Positions 1 through 9,503 of a stretch of 64,000 nt of DNA are shown piece by piece. A program made the translations under genes and the position numbers. Below the pieces are notes generated by a model. The model was not told where the DNA came from. It saw only the letters and a program-made list of their open reading frames with translations, and searched no databases. The stretch comes from Planctomycetales bacterium. Lineage in GTDB: Bacteria > 4484-113. Position 1 is the stretch's first letter, and each line of letters starts with the position of its first letter. The stretch spans positions 32,001 through 96,000 of the forward strand of contig JBBIRS010000003.1 in NCBI GenBank assembly GCA_037441675.1. Reading direction: 5' to 3'.

Positions 1-116
1 CGCGACCCACAGGCGGTCGCTCTACAGATTGATTGAGGGCACGCCTGGGGACGGGCGTGATCCAAATTTTTGTGCAAGCTCGCCGACCTACAGGGGGTAA
101 GCTCACTGCCCTACAG
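1..116. repeat. GTAG-family REP-like repeat cluster (runs off left edge)
   Basis: GCGACC-cacaggc-GGTCGC hairpin followed by TCTACA; further CTACAG ends at 88-93 and 111-116; bases 49-78 are identical to 19718-19747; gcaagctcgccga (74-86) recurs at 25437-25449. Confidence 0.75.
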
Positions 117-1569
117 CGGCGAAATTTTTTATCACAAAATACACAAATTCCCAGAATGACGCTTCTTCATCCTTGCCCATCCTCCTCGTCCCTAAGACCA
201 TATTTTTAACAAATGCGAACGTCTCTGCCAAATCGCCATCCGGTTTCCCAAGCCTTCCCTCTATCGCAGAGAGAAACGCGCAGATCTCTAGCGGATATAA
301 CTTATGCCCCTCTGAATTGAGAAAGGAGTTATCATAACGCGGGAATTTAACCAAAATCCCCTCACCTAGGTTTACACTCTTTGATAGTGAAACCAAGAAA
401 TTCTGCCAATCGCTCGCATTCCATTTTTCAGAAACCGAGTATATCCCTTTGCAGCTTTCAGAGAACGTCATTGGTGGTTTGAAATCAGTGGGCTTGGGCA
501 TCATGAGCGTCGGATTCATTTTCTTTGAAAGCTTGCCTCTTATTTCCCGCTCAAGAGATGAAAGTTCAAATATCCTGGCGGTAAGAACTTTTGCTTCCTC
601 AGTCTTGTCAGTGTAATCTACGTATGCTTTGAAGAAGGCTAGAAAGCTCGCCATATCCTTCAAATTTTCATTGGTAAGAATTACCTTGCCCTCAGCAAGC
701 TTCACGAGGAAGCTCTCAATTTCAACATTCTGGCCAAAACTTACCGCTTTCGAAAGCAGGTATAAAAGTTCCCCCCTTAATTTCGCAAGCTCAAGTGAAA
801 CCCTTCTAACATCATTAGTAAGCTCATCCTTTTCCTTTTGAGCTCTCTCTAAGGCATCTTGCAAAACCTTCTGAGGAGAATTTGAAATTAGATTATCTGA
901 TAGCTGATGCATTGTGTTCGCCTGAAGATTCAAGAGAATTGCCAGCTCTAGGCGGGCAAGCTCGTAATTCCGCTCCTGCTCACTTTGCCTCATAATGTTG
1001 AAAGTTAAAGCCCTCTTTCTCTCTCCTATGTCTAAGATAAGCTTTGATATTTCCAGTAGTGGCTGAGCAAACTCAAGATTTTCGCTTTGCGCGGAGAGTG
1101 TGTGTCCACCAACTGCTCCATTTCCAAAATTATTAAGTAAAGTCCGCAGTTTCAGCTTTTTTTGAGAAACTTCATATTGCAACTGTGTTACGGAATTTTG
1201 AATACTATTTCTCTCTAAGTTCGCTTGTCTAACTCTTTGTAAGTTCTCTTCCTTCAGCTTTGAGAATGGCTTAGCAGAAAACACTTCCAGCACAAGAGTT
1301 GGCGTTCCAGGGCTTATGAATAAGACCCTTCTCGGCTCAAGCGTATAAATAGTTCTTCTAGCATCAAATTTAAAATCTCGCGGGAAAACGTAAATGTTTT
1401 TATCACCGCCGATTTCTGATAGGTCAAGGGTAATAGGAGCGTCTGCAGAAACCCTAAAGTAAAGAAAGCCTCCTTCCGCTTCTAATAAATTTGGTTTCAA
1501 GAGAAAAATGAAGAAAATCGCGAGAAGAAGTGGAAGTTTCTTATTACCCGCAATTTCAGTCTGAAGCAT
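103..1569 (-). CDS. hypothetical exported/membrane-anchored coiled-coil protein
   Basis: 488 aa ORF directly downstream of miaB; N-terminal basic + hydrophobic segment (KKLPLLLAIFFIFLL); long heptad-like L/E/Q/K-rich central region; no family recognised. Confidence 0.7.
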   Translation of the reverse strand: MLQTEIAGNKKLPLLLAIFFIFLLKPNLLEAEGGFLYFRVSADAPITLDLSEIGGDKNIYVFPRDFKFDARRTIYTLEPRRVLFISPGTPTLVLEVFSAKPFSKLKEENLQRVRQANLERNSIQNSVTQLQYEVSQKKLKLRTLLNNFGNGAVGGHTLSAQSENLEFAQPLLEISKLILDIGERKRALTFNIMRQSEQERNYELARLELAILLNLQANTMHQLSDNLISNSPQKVLQDALERAQKEKDELTNDVRRVSLELAKLRGELLYLLSKAVSFGQNVEIESFLVKLAEGKVILTNENLKDMASFLAFFKAYVDYTDKTEEAKVLTARIFELSSLEREIRGKLSKKMNPTLMMPKPTDFKPPMTFSESCKGIYSVSEKWNASDWQNFLVSLSKSVNLGEGILVKFPRYDNSFLNSEGHKLYPLEICAFLSAIEGRLGKPDGDLAETFAFVKNMVLGTRRMGKDEEASFWEFVYFVIKNFAAVGQ

Positions 1570-1575
1570 CAGCTT

Positions 1576-3021
1576 TCAAACCTCCACACCCTTGAAGGAC
1601 GAAACTACCACCTCATTTATTCTAACATTGGTAAACTCTCCAGGATTTTTTCTTGTTGATGGAATTTCCACCGGTTTATTAAAGGCAGTCCGCGCAATTG
1701 AGAACTTATCCCGTTTAACCTCAACAATGGCGGGAAGCACTTTCCCGATGTATTTAGCGTTAACCTCTTGTGAAATTTCCCGTTGGAGAAGTATAAGCTC
1801 GTTCAGCCAGACTTTCTTCTCAAGCCTACTTTGCGGGTCGCTATACCTGGCCGCTAGCGTTCCCTTCCTTGGGGAAAAAGCAAACATAAATGCGTCATTA
1901 AAACGAACTTCCTTGGCGAGCTTCAGCGTCTCTTCAAACTCTTCTCTAGTTTCTCCTGGAAAGCCAACGATAATATCCGTGGTGAGGAACAAATCGTCCC
2001 GTGCCTTTCTCGCCTTCTCCACCTTCTCTAAATACTCCTTAACGGTATACTTCCTCCTCATCAGAGCCAAAATCCTCTCTGAACCCGCCTGCACTGGTAG
2101 GTGCAAAATGGGCGTTATGCGCGGGTTTGCCACAACTTTACTGATAATCTCATCATTCAAGTCGTATGGATGGGACGTAAGATAGGACAACCACGGCACG
2201 TCCGTCTGCATTAAAACAGCGTCAATCAAATCAACGAAGTTGGGGTCAAAGTTATAGTCGCTTCCATATGAAAGAATGTTCTGCCCAAGAAGAGTCACAT
2301 CGTTAAAGCCGGCGGATCTAAAAAACTTGACTTGCTTCACAACTTCTCTTATCGGCACGCTAGTTTCCCGTCCACGAACTCTTGGAACGATGCAAAAACT
2401 GCAAACGTGGTTGCATCCCCTTAAGACGGTCACGAGCGCGCTGTGGCGCGTCTCCATCAAAGATGGAAACTCCTCCGTTGGGCTTGTCTCTCCGCTTGAT
2501 GCTTCCGTGCAACTCTCTAGCGCGCCTTTTCTTTCCCCATCTACAAGAACAGTCATCTCAAATCCACCCTTGACTTGCGGAAATGTAAAAACATTCTCTA
2601 ACTCAGATAGGACAATAGTAGGTTCGCTAGTCTTCACGAGCAGGTCCACATATGGAAACTTCTTCTCCACCAAATCTCCACTCTTTGGAACAAGGCAACC
2701 AAAGACTACAATCTTAGGTTCAATTGAATTTCGAGCGATACCGCCATCCACAGCACTCAACGCGCCATGCACCTTTGGTTCATCCACCTTAAGCTTCGCG
2801 CTGAGCTCGCCTTTTTGCTTCAGCGGCTTAAGCGCGCCTATGAAAGAAAATGCTTTATCCTCAGCTTTTTCACGGACAACGCAGGTATTGACAAGGATTA
2901 AGTCAGCAAGATTAACATCGGTAACCTGCACGCCACCACGTGCCACGAGCTGGCGAGCTATCTCGTCATCATCCGCCACGTTCATCTGGCAACCAAAGGT
3001 TTTTGTCGCAAACGTGAACAT
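1576..3021 (-). CDS. miaB: tRNA-2-methylthio-N6-dimethylallyladenosine synthase (radical SAM methylthiotransferase)
   Basis: TFGCQMN, NTCVVREKAE, GC, radical SAM GCNHVCSFCIVP, GQN, DIIVGFPGET, C-terminal TRAM-like domain; ATG at 3021 preferred over TTG at 3030. Confidence 0.93.
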   Translation of the reverse strand: MFTFATKTFGCQMNVADDDEIARQLVARGGVQVTDVNLADLILVNTCVVREKAEDKAFSFIGALKPLKQKGELSAKLKVDEPKVHGALSAVDGGIARNSIEPKIVVFGCLVPKSGDLVEKKFPYVDLLVKTSEPTIVLSELENVFTFPQVKGGFEMTVLVDGERKGALESCTEASSGETSPTEEFPSLMETRHSALVTVLRGCNHVCSFCIVPRVRGRETSVPIREVVKQVKFFRSAGFNDVTLLGQNILSYGSDYNFDPNFVDLIDAVLMQTDVPWLSYLTSHPYDLNDEIISKVVANPRITPILHLPVQAGSERILALMRRKYTVKEYLEKVEKARKARDDLFLTTDIIVGFPGETREEFEETLKLAKEVRFNDAFMFAFSPRKGTLAARYSDPQSRLEKKVWLNELILLQREISQEVNAKYIGKVLPAIVEVKRDKFSIARTAFNKPVEIPSTRKNPGEFTNVRINEVVVSSFKGVEV

Positions 3022-3140
3022 CAATCTCAATTATATTATTACCTGAAATCCATTCTCCTAAGCTCAAGCTTACATCTAGGAAGGGAAAATAGCGAAAGCG
3101 GAAAAATTTATTTCTCGCTAGCTTCTGATACAATCAAAAT

Positions 3141-4574
3141 TTGATGGAAGAGAAGATAACCTTTGAGCTAAGGGATATACCGAGTGTCGCATCGCTCATT
3201 GAAGAGGAGAAGATAAAAAGTATTGCACAGGGGAAAATCCCGCTTGCCACAGTGAAAAATGAGATTAAGTCTGCGCTTGAGGAGCTTAGGAGAAAAAGAG
3301 TTTCCGAAGGTACAAAGGGCGCGAAGAGGCTAAGCAAAGCTTTGCTTTACGAATTAGCATGCAGGCAAGTTGTAGAGAGGATAAATAAGCTTTCAAGAAG
3401 TATGACAATGCGAGTCATCAATGGAACTGGCATCCTGGTTCATACGAATCTTGGGCGCTCGCCATTTTCTCAAGATCTTTGGAATGAAGCGGGGAAGAGG
3501 CTCTGCGGATACCTAAACTTGGAGTATGATTTAACCCTGGGTGAACGCTCAAGGCGTGGGCGATTCTCTGAAAGGCTACTAAAGGATTTAACGGGCGCGG
3601 AAGGAGCTCTCATTGTGAACAACTGCGCAGGCGCTCTATTTCTCATTTTAAGAGCACTTTGTCACAAAAAGGAGGTAATTGTTTCACGTGGAGAGCTGGT
3701 TCAAATTGGAGGCGGATTTAGGATACCTGAAATTATAAGTACTGCAGGCGCGAAAATTTGTGAAGTCGGCACCACTAATCAAACTACCCTTCAGGATTAT
3801 CAAAATGCAATCTCCGAAAAATCCTCCGCAATTTGCAAGGTTCATAAGAGTAACTTCCAGCAGGTAGGCTTCGTCCAAGAGGTTCAGACCGCAGAACTTA
3901 TCTTTCTTGCCAAGAAGCACAACCTTATACTAGTTGAAGATATTGGTTCTGCGACTGTTATTCCCGAAAATGAAGCCAACAAGCTTGGGCTTAATCATCC
4001 ATCTTTATCGATTAGGCTTGGCGCCGACCTCATCACATTCTCCGCGGACAAGATACTAGGGCTTTGCCAGGGAGGGATAATTCTTGGCAGGGCTGATTTG
4101 ATTGAGCGCTTGCGAAAGTCGCCTATCTACCGAACCATTCGCCCTGATAGAACCATCTTAACGCTTCTCGAGGAGGGGCTGAAGCTTATCGCGGATGGGA
4201 ATTGGAAAAAGATTGTCTTTTACTCCTTGATAACTCAAGATATCAAAAACCTGAAAGCACGGGCGGATGCGCTATGCAAGCGCCTTTTTGATAATGGCGT
4301 GATGGCTAAAGCGGTCGCTACCACTTCTGAGATTGGCGGTGGAATTGCCGGAAAAGAAATTCCCTCCTACGCTGTGCAAATATCTAGAGCTTCCCTTGGT
4401 AGCGGTGAAAAGCTCAAGAAGCTTGCAGGGCTTTTGCGAGATTTTGAGCCACCCGTCATTGCGAAATTGGCACAGGGCGCGCTTATCCTAGACCTGAGAA
4501 CCGTTTTTGAAAACGAGGAAAAGGACCTTGTCCGCGCATTGACTACCTGTGTCAGTAGGCTAGCTAATCGCTAG
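3141..4574 (+). CDS. selA: L-seryl-tRNA(Sec) selenium transferase
   Basis: LRDIPSV N-terminus, VINGTGILVHTNLGRSP, NLEYDL..G.R, VNNCAGA, SRGELVQIGGGFRIPE, EVGTTN, PLP-lysine motif FSADKILG, LDLRTV; start TTG 3141 or ATG 3144. Confidence 0.95.
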   Translation: MMEEKITFELRDIPSVASLIEEEKIKSIAQGKIPLATVKNEIKSALEELRRKRVSEGTKGAKRLSKALLYELACRQVVERINKLSRSMTMRVINGTGILVHTNLGRSPFSQDLWNEAGKRLCGYLNLEYDLTLGERSRRGRFSERLLKDLTGAEGALIVNNCAGALFLILRALCHKKEVIVSRGELVQIGGGFRIPEIISTAGAKICEVGTTNQTTLQDYQNAISEKSSAICKVHKSNFQQVGFVQEVQTAELIFLAKKHNLILVEDIGSATVIPENEANKLGLNHPSLSIRLGADLITFSADKILGLCQGGIILGRADLIERLRKSPIYRTIRPDRTILTLLEEGLKLIADGNWKKIVFYSLITQDIKNLKARADALCKRLFDNGVMAKAVATTSEIGGGIAGKEIPSYAVQISRASLGSGEKLKKLAGLLRDFEPPVIAKLAQGALILDLRTVFENEEKDLVRALTTCVSRLANR

Positions 4575-4640
4575 GGAAAGAGCATCAATCCTGCAAAGGG
4601 AAATGATGAATGGATAAAGTTTAGCGGGAACGGGTAGAGC

Positions 4641-4832
4641 CTACTTTCTTTTCTTTTTGGCAGCGGGAAAGAGAACAATTAAGAAAACCGCAGATGATAA
4701 TAATGACGCAAGAGACGCAATACCAGCAGGCTCTGTTAGTAAGTCTGGGGAGAAGTAATCAATCAGGGCAAAAACGCCAGCATTAAGTATTAGGGCTACA
4801 ATAAGTCCAATTATCCACTTTATAAAAAACAT
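4641..4832 (-). CDS. small two-TM membrane protein with basic tail
   Basis: GGAGGT SD before ATG at 4832 and TATAAT upstream; two hydrophobic segments and KKKRK C-terminus (63 aa). Confidence 0.7.
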   Translation of the reverse strand: MFFIKWIIGLIVALILNAGVFALIDYFSPDLLTEPAGIASLASLLSSAVFLIVLFPAAKKKRK

Positions 4833-4969
4833 TCGCACCTCCAAGAGTTATTCAATTATACACGTTGACAAAGAATGCTGAGGTTAATTTAACTTGCTTT
4901 TTCCTACACAACGCTGAGCTCAAGTGCTTTCAATTCTCTAGCCCAGCGCGTCCCCGCCGTGGGTAATGC

Positions 4970-5106
4970 CACGGGAGAGGACGCCCGTGATTCAAATAGA
5001 GGTACTGTAGAGCGCGAGCTCGTATCGCGCCGAAACTGTAGGGCGTTGACCTGTGCGAAGCCAAGATGAATGTAATGACGGCGACCCACAGTTGGTAGCC
5101 CTACAG
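4970..5106. repeat. GTAG-family REP/REPIN-like cluster downstream of mnmG
   Basis: CACGGG-agaggacg-CCCGTG hairpin, TGTAGAGCGCGAGCTCGTATCGCGCC, TGTAGGGCG and terminal GCCCTACAG; closely similar to 7222-7291 and 1-28. Confidence 0.8.
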
Positions 5107-5117
5107 GTTAATGTGGG

Positions 5118-7082
5118 TCAATTGATCTTACTCACGCTCCCCTTGACGTTTCGCTTCATTCTTTCCAGCGCCAACACCAATCCCGTAATATCCGCAGGGC
5201 GGATTCCGGGAATACGAGTCGCCTGCGCAACAGTCCTTGGCCTAACCCGCGCAAGCTTCTCCCTACCTTCCAGGCTTATTGCAGTTATCCCCTCGTATTC
5301 AAGCCAGTCGGGTATTCTCATATCTTCATACTTCCTCACCTTCTCAATCTCCTGCATCTGCCGAGCTATGTATCCCTCGTATCGCTTCTCCGTGTAGATG
5401 TGTCTTAAAGCCTGCCGATTTAACGCATCTTGGTTGACTTCGCCATCTGCTTCGCCCTCTTCTACCATAGCCAGCTCGCCATTCAACCTCTTTTCAACCT
5501 CAGTGGTAAAATCATCCTCTCTTACCCTTGGAAATTTCGGTAGTTCTGAAAGGGGAACGCATTCCTTTAATTGGATTTCTCCGATTGAACATCCCGCAGG
5601 AACCTTCGTGCGTCCAGCAAACTCCGTGAAGATTAGAAGTCTCTTTCTTAGAGCGCGCAGTACTCTGAACTTTTCCTCCGGCAGAAGTCCCCATTCATAG
5701 GCGATTTCTCCAAGTCGCAGAGCCACATTATCATGCCTGAGTAATAGCCGATACTCGCAGGTTGAGGTAAACATCCTGTAAGGCTCTTCCGTTCCGCGTG
5801 TCACCAGGTCGTCAATTAACACGCCGATATAGGAATTAGTCCTGTCAAGAGGCAGAGGAGGTTTTCCTAGAAGAGAAAGTCCGGCGGATGCACCTGCCAC
5901 CAGTCCCTGCGCACCTGCCTCCTCGTATCCAGTCGTCCCGTTTATCTGTCCCGCGAAGTATAGCCCCTTTACTTTCTTCGTTTCTAAAGTTCTATGCAGG
6001 TTGACGGGATTGTGAAAGTCATACTCAACAGCGTATCCGGGACGGATTATCATCGCTCTCTCTAGCCCAGGCACGCGCCTAACCATCTCAAACTGCACCA
6101 TCAACGGAAGAGATGTGGACAAGCCTTGGATGTAAACTAGCCTCGTCGTCTGGCCATCAGGTTCAAGGAAAATTGGATGAGTTAACTTTCCCGGAAACTT
6201 CTTGACCTTATCCTCAATGGAGGGGCAGTAGCGAGGACCTCTGCCTACAATCTGCCCCGAGTAAAGCGCGGATTTGTCAATGTTCGCCTCAATTACTTTG
6301 ATTGTTTCCTCTGTTGTGAAAGTCTGCCATACGGGAAGAAGTCTTGGCGGTATCTCCGAGAGACAGTAATTTCTAAAGGTTTCCCTGCGCCATTCGGAAA
6401 TTTGCGGAGAGAGCGCAGTGTAATCCAAGGTGAATTTATCAAGCCTGGGACTAGTACCAGTCTTCAGGCGTCCAAACTCAAAGCCAATTTTCTCAAGGGA
6501 GTTGCCAAGCTCAACGCTTGCCCTCTCGCCCCATCTGCCACCGGAGTACCTGTTCTCCCCGATGAAAAGTTTTCCCCGTAAGAATGTTCCCGGCGCTATG
6601 ATAACCCTTGGCGCATTTAGGATTCTGCCATCGGAAAGTGCTACTCCCTTGACCCTAAACTCGTATCCTTGCGATAAATCATCCTCCGACCAGAGTTTTT
6701 CTGTCAGCACATCCACCACTTCGCCTTCCAAAAGAGTAATGTTGGGGGTGCTCTCAAGAGTCTTGCGCATAACTTCGGAGTAACGTTGTCTATCCGATTG
6801 AGCGCGAAGAGTCTGGACTGCAGGACCTTTGCCCGTGTTTAGCATACGGATATTCACGTAAGTCTTATCGGTAATTTCACCCATCAATCCCCCGAGCGCG
6901 TCAATCTCTCTGGTGAGATGCCCCTTGGCAGGTCCACCAATGGAGGGATTACAGCTCATTTTCGCGATTGTATCTAGGCTTAACGTGACAAGCGCAGTCT
7001 TTAGCTTTAGGCGTGCGGAAGCGTACGCAGCTTCACATCCCGCATGCCCACCGCCAACTACAATCACATCAAAGATGTTCAT
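5118..7082 (-). CDS. mnmG: tRNA uridine 5-carboxymethylaminomethyl modification enzyme MnmG/GidA
   Basis: [81 protein letters not shown]. Confidence 0.98.
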   Translation of the reverse strand: MNIFDVIVVGGGHAGCEAAYASARLKLKTALVTLSLDTIAKMSCNPSIGGPAKGHLTREIDALGGLMGEITDKTYVNIRMLNTGKGPAVQTLRAQSDRQRYSEVMRKTLESTPNITLLEGEVVDVLTEKLWSEDDLSQGYEFRVKGVALSDGRILNAPRVIIAPGTFLRGKLFIGENRYSGGRWGERASVELGNSLEKIGFEFGRLKTGTSPRLDKFTLDYTALSPQISEWRRETFRNYCLSEIPPRLLPVWQTFTTEETIKVIEANIDKSALYSGQIVGRGPRYCPSIEDKVKKFPGKLTHPIFLEPDGQTTRLVYIQGLSTSLPLMVQFEMVRRVPGLERAMIIRPGYAVEYDFHNPVNLHRTLETKKVKGLYFAGQINGTTGYEEAGAQGLVAGASAGLSLLGKPPLPLDRTNSYIGVLIDDLVTRGTEEPYRMFTSTCEYRLLLRHDNVALRLGEIAYEWGLLPEEKFRVLRALRKRLLIFTEFAGRTKVPAGCSIGEIQLKECVPLSELPKFPRVREDDFTTEVEKRLNGELAMVEEGEADGEVNQDALNRQALRHIYTEKRYEGYIARQMQEIEKVRKYEDMRIPDWLEYEGITAISLEGREKLARVRPRTVAQATRIPGIRPADITGLVLALERMKRNVKGSVSKIN

Positions 7083-7221
7083 ATCAGTAGTTTACTACAT
7101 AAATAGCAAATACTGATAAACCTCTGAAAGAGATGTGGACACCACCATTTACTACCCTAGCTTACAATCTTTTCAAACACTCGTTCATTGAAGAAGAATA
7201 ATTTTATTAAATGAAATTTCT

Positions 7222-7291
7222 TGTAGGGCGCGAACTCGTATCGCGCCAAGATGAAAGAAATAACGGAGACCCATAGGAGCTCGCCCTACAG
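7222..7291. repeat. REPIN-like element (inverted GTAG REP pair)
   Basis: Terminal inverted repeats TGTAGGGCG (7222-7230) / CGCCCTACA (7282-7290) enclosing GCGCGAACTCGTATCGCGC hairpin; paralog of 5006-5106. Confidence 0.85.
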
Positions 7292-7321
7292 GTTTAGTTG
7301 GGAGGTGGACAAGTTTTAGCT

Positions 7322-8770
7322 TCACTTTGGGAGTTCGAAGAGCCTCAAGTGTGATTTATCGTAGTATCTAACCGCCAAGTATTTTTCACCAGGACTGACT
7401 TTATAACTGTCAACGCCTAGCATTACCATAAACTCTTGTCCATAATCGCTCCAGGAATCGCCAAATCGTGAAGGGGATGAGCCTTCAGCTTCTCTGCTAT
7501 CCTCGGATTTATTTTCGGAGGTTGCACCCTCCTTTGCATCAACAATTGAACCTGCTCTCTTCTTGAGGAAAAGAAAAACACTATTATCCGGCAGGCTCAC
7601 TTTCAGTGCGTAGGGTAGACGGTAGAAGGAGCGCAGGAAGAGAAGGTAATTTCCCTCTGGCGATAGGTAGGGGTTAAAATCAAAACCTCTGGTTTGGCTA
7701 TCTAGAAGCACCTGAAAATTACTGCTCGGAGCGGAAGAGCTTAACGAAACCGAAGACTCAAATAAGCCACCATTCGCTGATGCTACTTTACTCGCGGATA
7801 GAAGGATTATCTTAGTTATCAGCCTTTCCCGTTTGCCCTCCTCGGGCATCTGCGGAATGGGCAGTGTTTCAGGATTAACCAAAAACCCCGGAAATATTTC
7901 CCCCTCTTCTTTTTTGGGATTCACTATCGCCATAAGAATTTCCCCCTTCTCCGTGACTTGAACCCCTCTAAATTGATACGCTTCAAATATTTTCTTTAGC
8001 TCGATTGTTTCAAGGTCTAGAGAAAGCAGGAACTCATGTCTCGGATAATCTCCCATATAGCTTCTGCTGACGATTATTAACGCATTGTGGTAATTGTCGT
8101 AGGTCAAGCTTTCAATAAGATCAACGCTACTTTTTCTTGTTAGTCCCATAAAAGAGCCGGTTTCAAGGCTAAGTCTTCCGAGGCTAATTTCATTTTCGGG
8201 GGATAAAAATTCTCTAGCGGAAACATAGATGTACTTGTCCGTGCTGTCCCAAGCATGTAAGCCAATAACAAAGTCATCCGGCATTTTAGAAAATGAAACT
8301 TGAATGGGGACTTTCTTTCCCAGATCAACCACCCTCAGGAAGGAGGATTCTAAGGGGTGATTGGGAGCACCGTAAAAAGCCACGAACCTTCGGTTTGGGG
8401 AGAGAGAGACTCTTATGTTTTCTGGCTGTGCTTTTGAGCCTAAAATGGAGTAAAGTTCAGTCGCTGATATTAATTTTCTTCGCTCGTAAGTGTCTATCTT
8501 GTGAAGCCAAAGTATCGCCCCATGGGGATTAACCGCATAAAGAACAAGCTCATTTACATCCCACCAATCGTAATCCTCAATCCAGCTTCCATCGGTTAAG
8601 AAAACTTTGTAAGGTTCTTTTACCTCCGAAGCTATGGCGACAAAATTCCGCGTATTAACGGGTAAGAGGAATAGAGAAGAAAAGATGATGATGGAATGGA
8701 TGAGAATTGCATCTAACTTAACATATCCTAAAATCGCGAAATAATTAGCTTTGAAATGAGATTTGAACAT
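7322..8770 (-). CDS. hypothetical secreted beta-propeller-like protein (paralog A)
   Basis: 482 aa; N-terminal hydrophobic segment; TolB/PD40-like turns LSPNRR, LSPEGNYL, VSPGEKYL; aligns by eye to 9504-10721; exact start uncertain. Confidence 0.7.
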   Translation of the reverse strand: MFKSHFKANYFAILGYVKLDAILIHSIIIFSSLFLLPVNTRNFVAIASEVKEPYKVFLTDGSWIEDYDWWDVNELVLYAVNPHGAILWLHKIDTYERRKLISATELYSILGSKAQPENIRVSLSPNRRFVAFYGAPNHPLESSFLRVVDLGKKVPIQVSFSKMPDDFVIGLHAWDSTDKYIYVSAREFLSPENEISLGRLSLETGSFMGLTRKSSVDLIESLTYDNYHNALIIVSRSYMGDYPRHEFLLSLDLETIELKKIFEAYQFRGVQVTEKGEILMAIVNPKKEEGEIFPGFLVNPETLPIPQMPEEGKRERLITKIILLSASKVASANGGLFESSVSLSSSAPSSNFQVLLDSQTRGFDFNPYLSPEGNYLLFLRSFYRLPYALKVSLPDNSVFLFLKKRAGSIVDAKEGATSENKSEDSREAEGSSPSRFGDSWSDYGQEFMVMLGVDSYKVSPGEKYLAVRYYDKSHLRLFELPK

Positions 8771-8831
8771 ATCTTAGTTTCATATTAACAGATATTGGTT
8801 AATCTCCAAAAATGATAGGGTGAAAATTCAG

Positions 8832-8861
8832 TTGACATACATAAGAATTATTAAATAAAAT
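8832..8861 (+). promoter_or_regulatory. sigma70-type promoter of rpmF-acpP
   Basis: TTGACA (8832-8837), 18 nt spacer, TAAAAT (8856-8861). Confidence 0.65.
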
Positions 8862-8883
8862 AATAATTTAATAAAAAAGAACT

Positions 8884-9096
8884 ATGGCACTTCCAAAGTA
8901 TAAAACTAGAAGGAGTAGGACACGTTCCCGCCGAGCCCACGCATTTTACCACACATTGAAGAGTATAGAAATGGTGAGATGCCCAAGGTGCCATTCCTAT
9001 AAGCCTTCTCATTTCGCCTGCCCATCTTGCGGGTATTATGGCGGTGAAATTATCTTTAAGCCCAAGATTAAGGAAGAACTTGAGGAAGGTGCATAA
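8884..9096 (+). CDS. rpmF: 50S ribosomal protein L32 (Zn-ribbon form)
   Basis: MALPKYKT..SRTRSRRAH, CPRC...CPSCGYY. Confidence 0.95.
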   Translation: MALPKYKTRRSRTRSRRAHAFYHTLKSIEMVRCPRCHSYKPSHFACPSCGYYGGEIIFKPKIKEELEEGA

Positions 9097-9119
9097 ATAC
9101 TATCGTTTAGGAGGAATAA

Positions 9120-9356
9120 ATGTCATCCTTTGAAGAAGTAAGAGCGCTTATTGCTGAAAAACTGAGCCTTGATGCATCCTCTATTTCGGCTGAATCTAGC
9201 TTTATTGAGGATTTGAACGCAGATTCCCTAGACCTGGCGGACTTGATGATGGCGGTTGAGGATAAGTTTGGCGTTACCTTTGGTGATACTGATACTGAAA
9301 AATTAAAAACCGTAGGCGACTTAGTTAACATTCTTGAAGAAAAGAAAAAGGGCTAA
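9120..9356 (+). CDS. acpP: acyl carrier protein
   Basis: 78 aa acidic protein with DLNADSLD phosphopantetheine motif; AGGAGG SD. Confidence 0.96.
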   Translation: MSSFEEVRALIAEKLSLDASSISAESSFIEDLNADSLDLADLMMAVEDKFGVTFGDTDTEKLKTVGDLVNILEEKKKG

Positions 9357-9503
9357 TAACCCGTATTTTTTGGTTTTAGCCCTGCTTAGTTTAATGTGGG
9401 AAGGCCTCCGCAATCTTGGAACCTTCCACGAGGAGAGATTTTGCATACTTCCTTTGGGATTAGGCTTTTCTGGCGCCATCCATCAGTATTCTATACACAG
9501 AAA

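Noticed and set aside
1592..3046. Long antisense ORFs (1592-2185, 2276-3046; likewise 31012-31464, 53610-54182 and the many 60-120 aa shadows)
   Set aside because: They lie opposite or out of frame within well-supported genes, are Ser/Phe-rich mirror translations and have no motifs or start signals.
4904..5089. Short ORFs over repeat loci (4904-5089, 22222-22488, 25205-25393, 29913-30095)
   Set aside because: They span REP or intergenic sequence, lack convincing starts and have no recognisable protein features.
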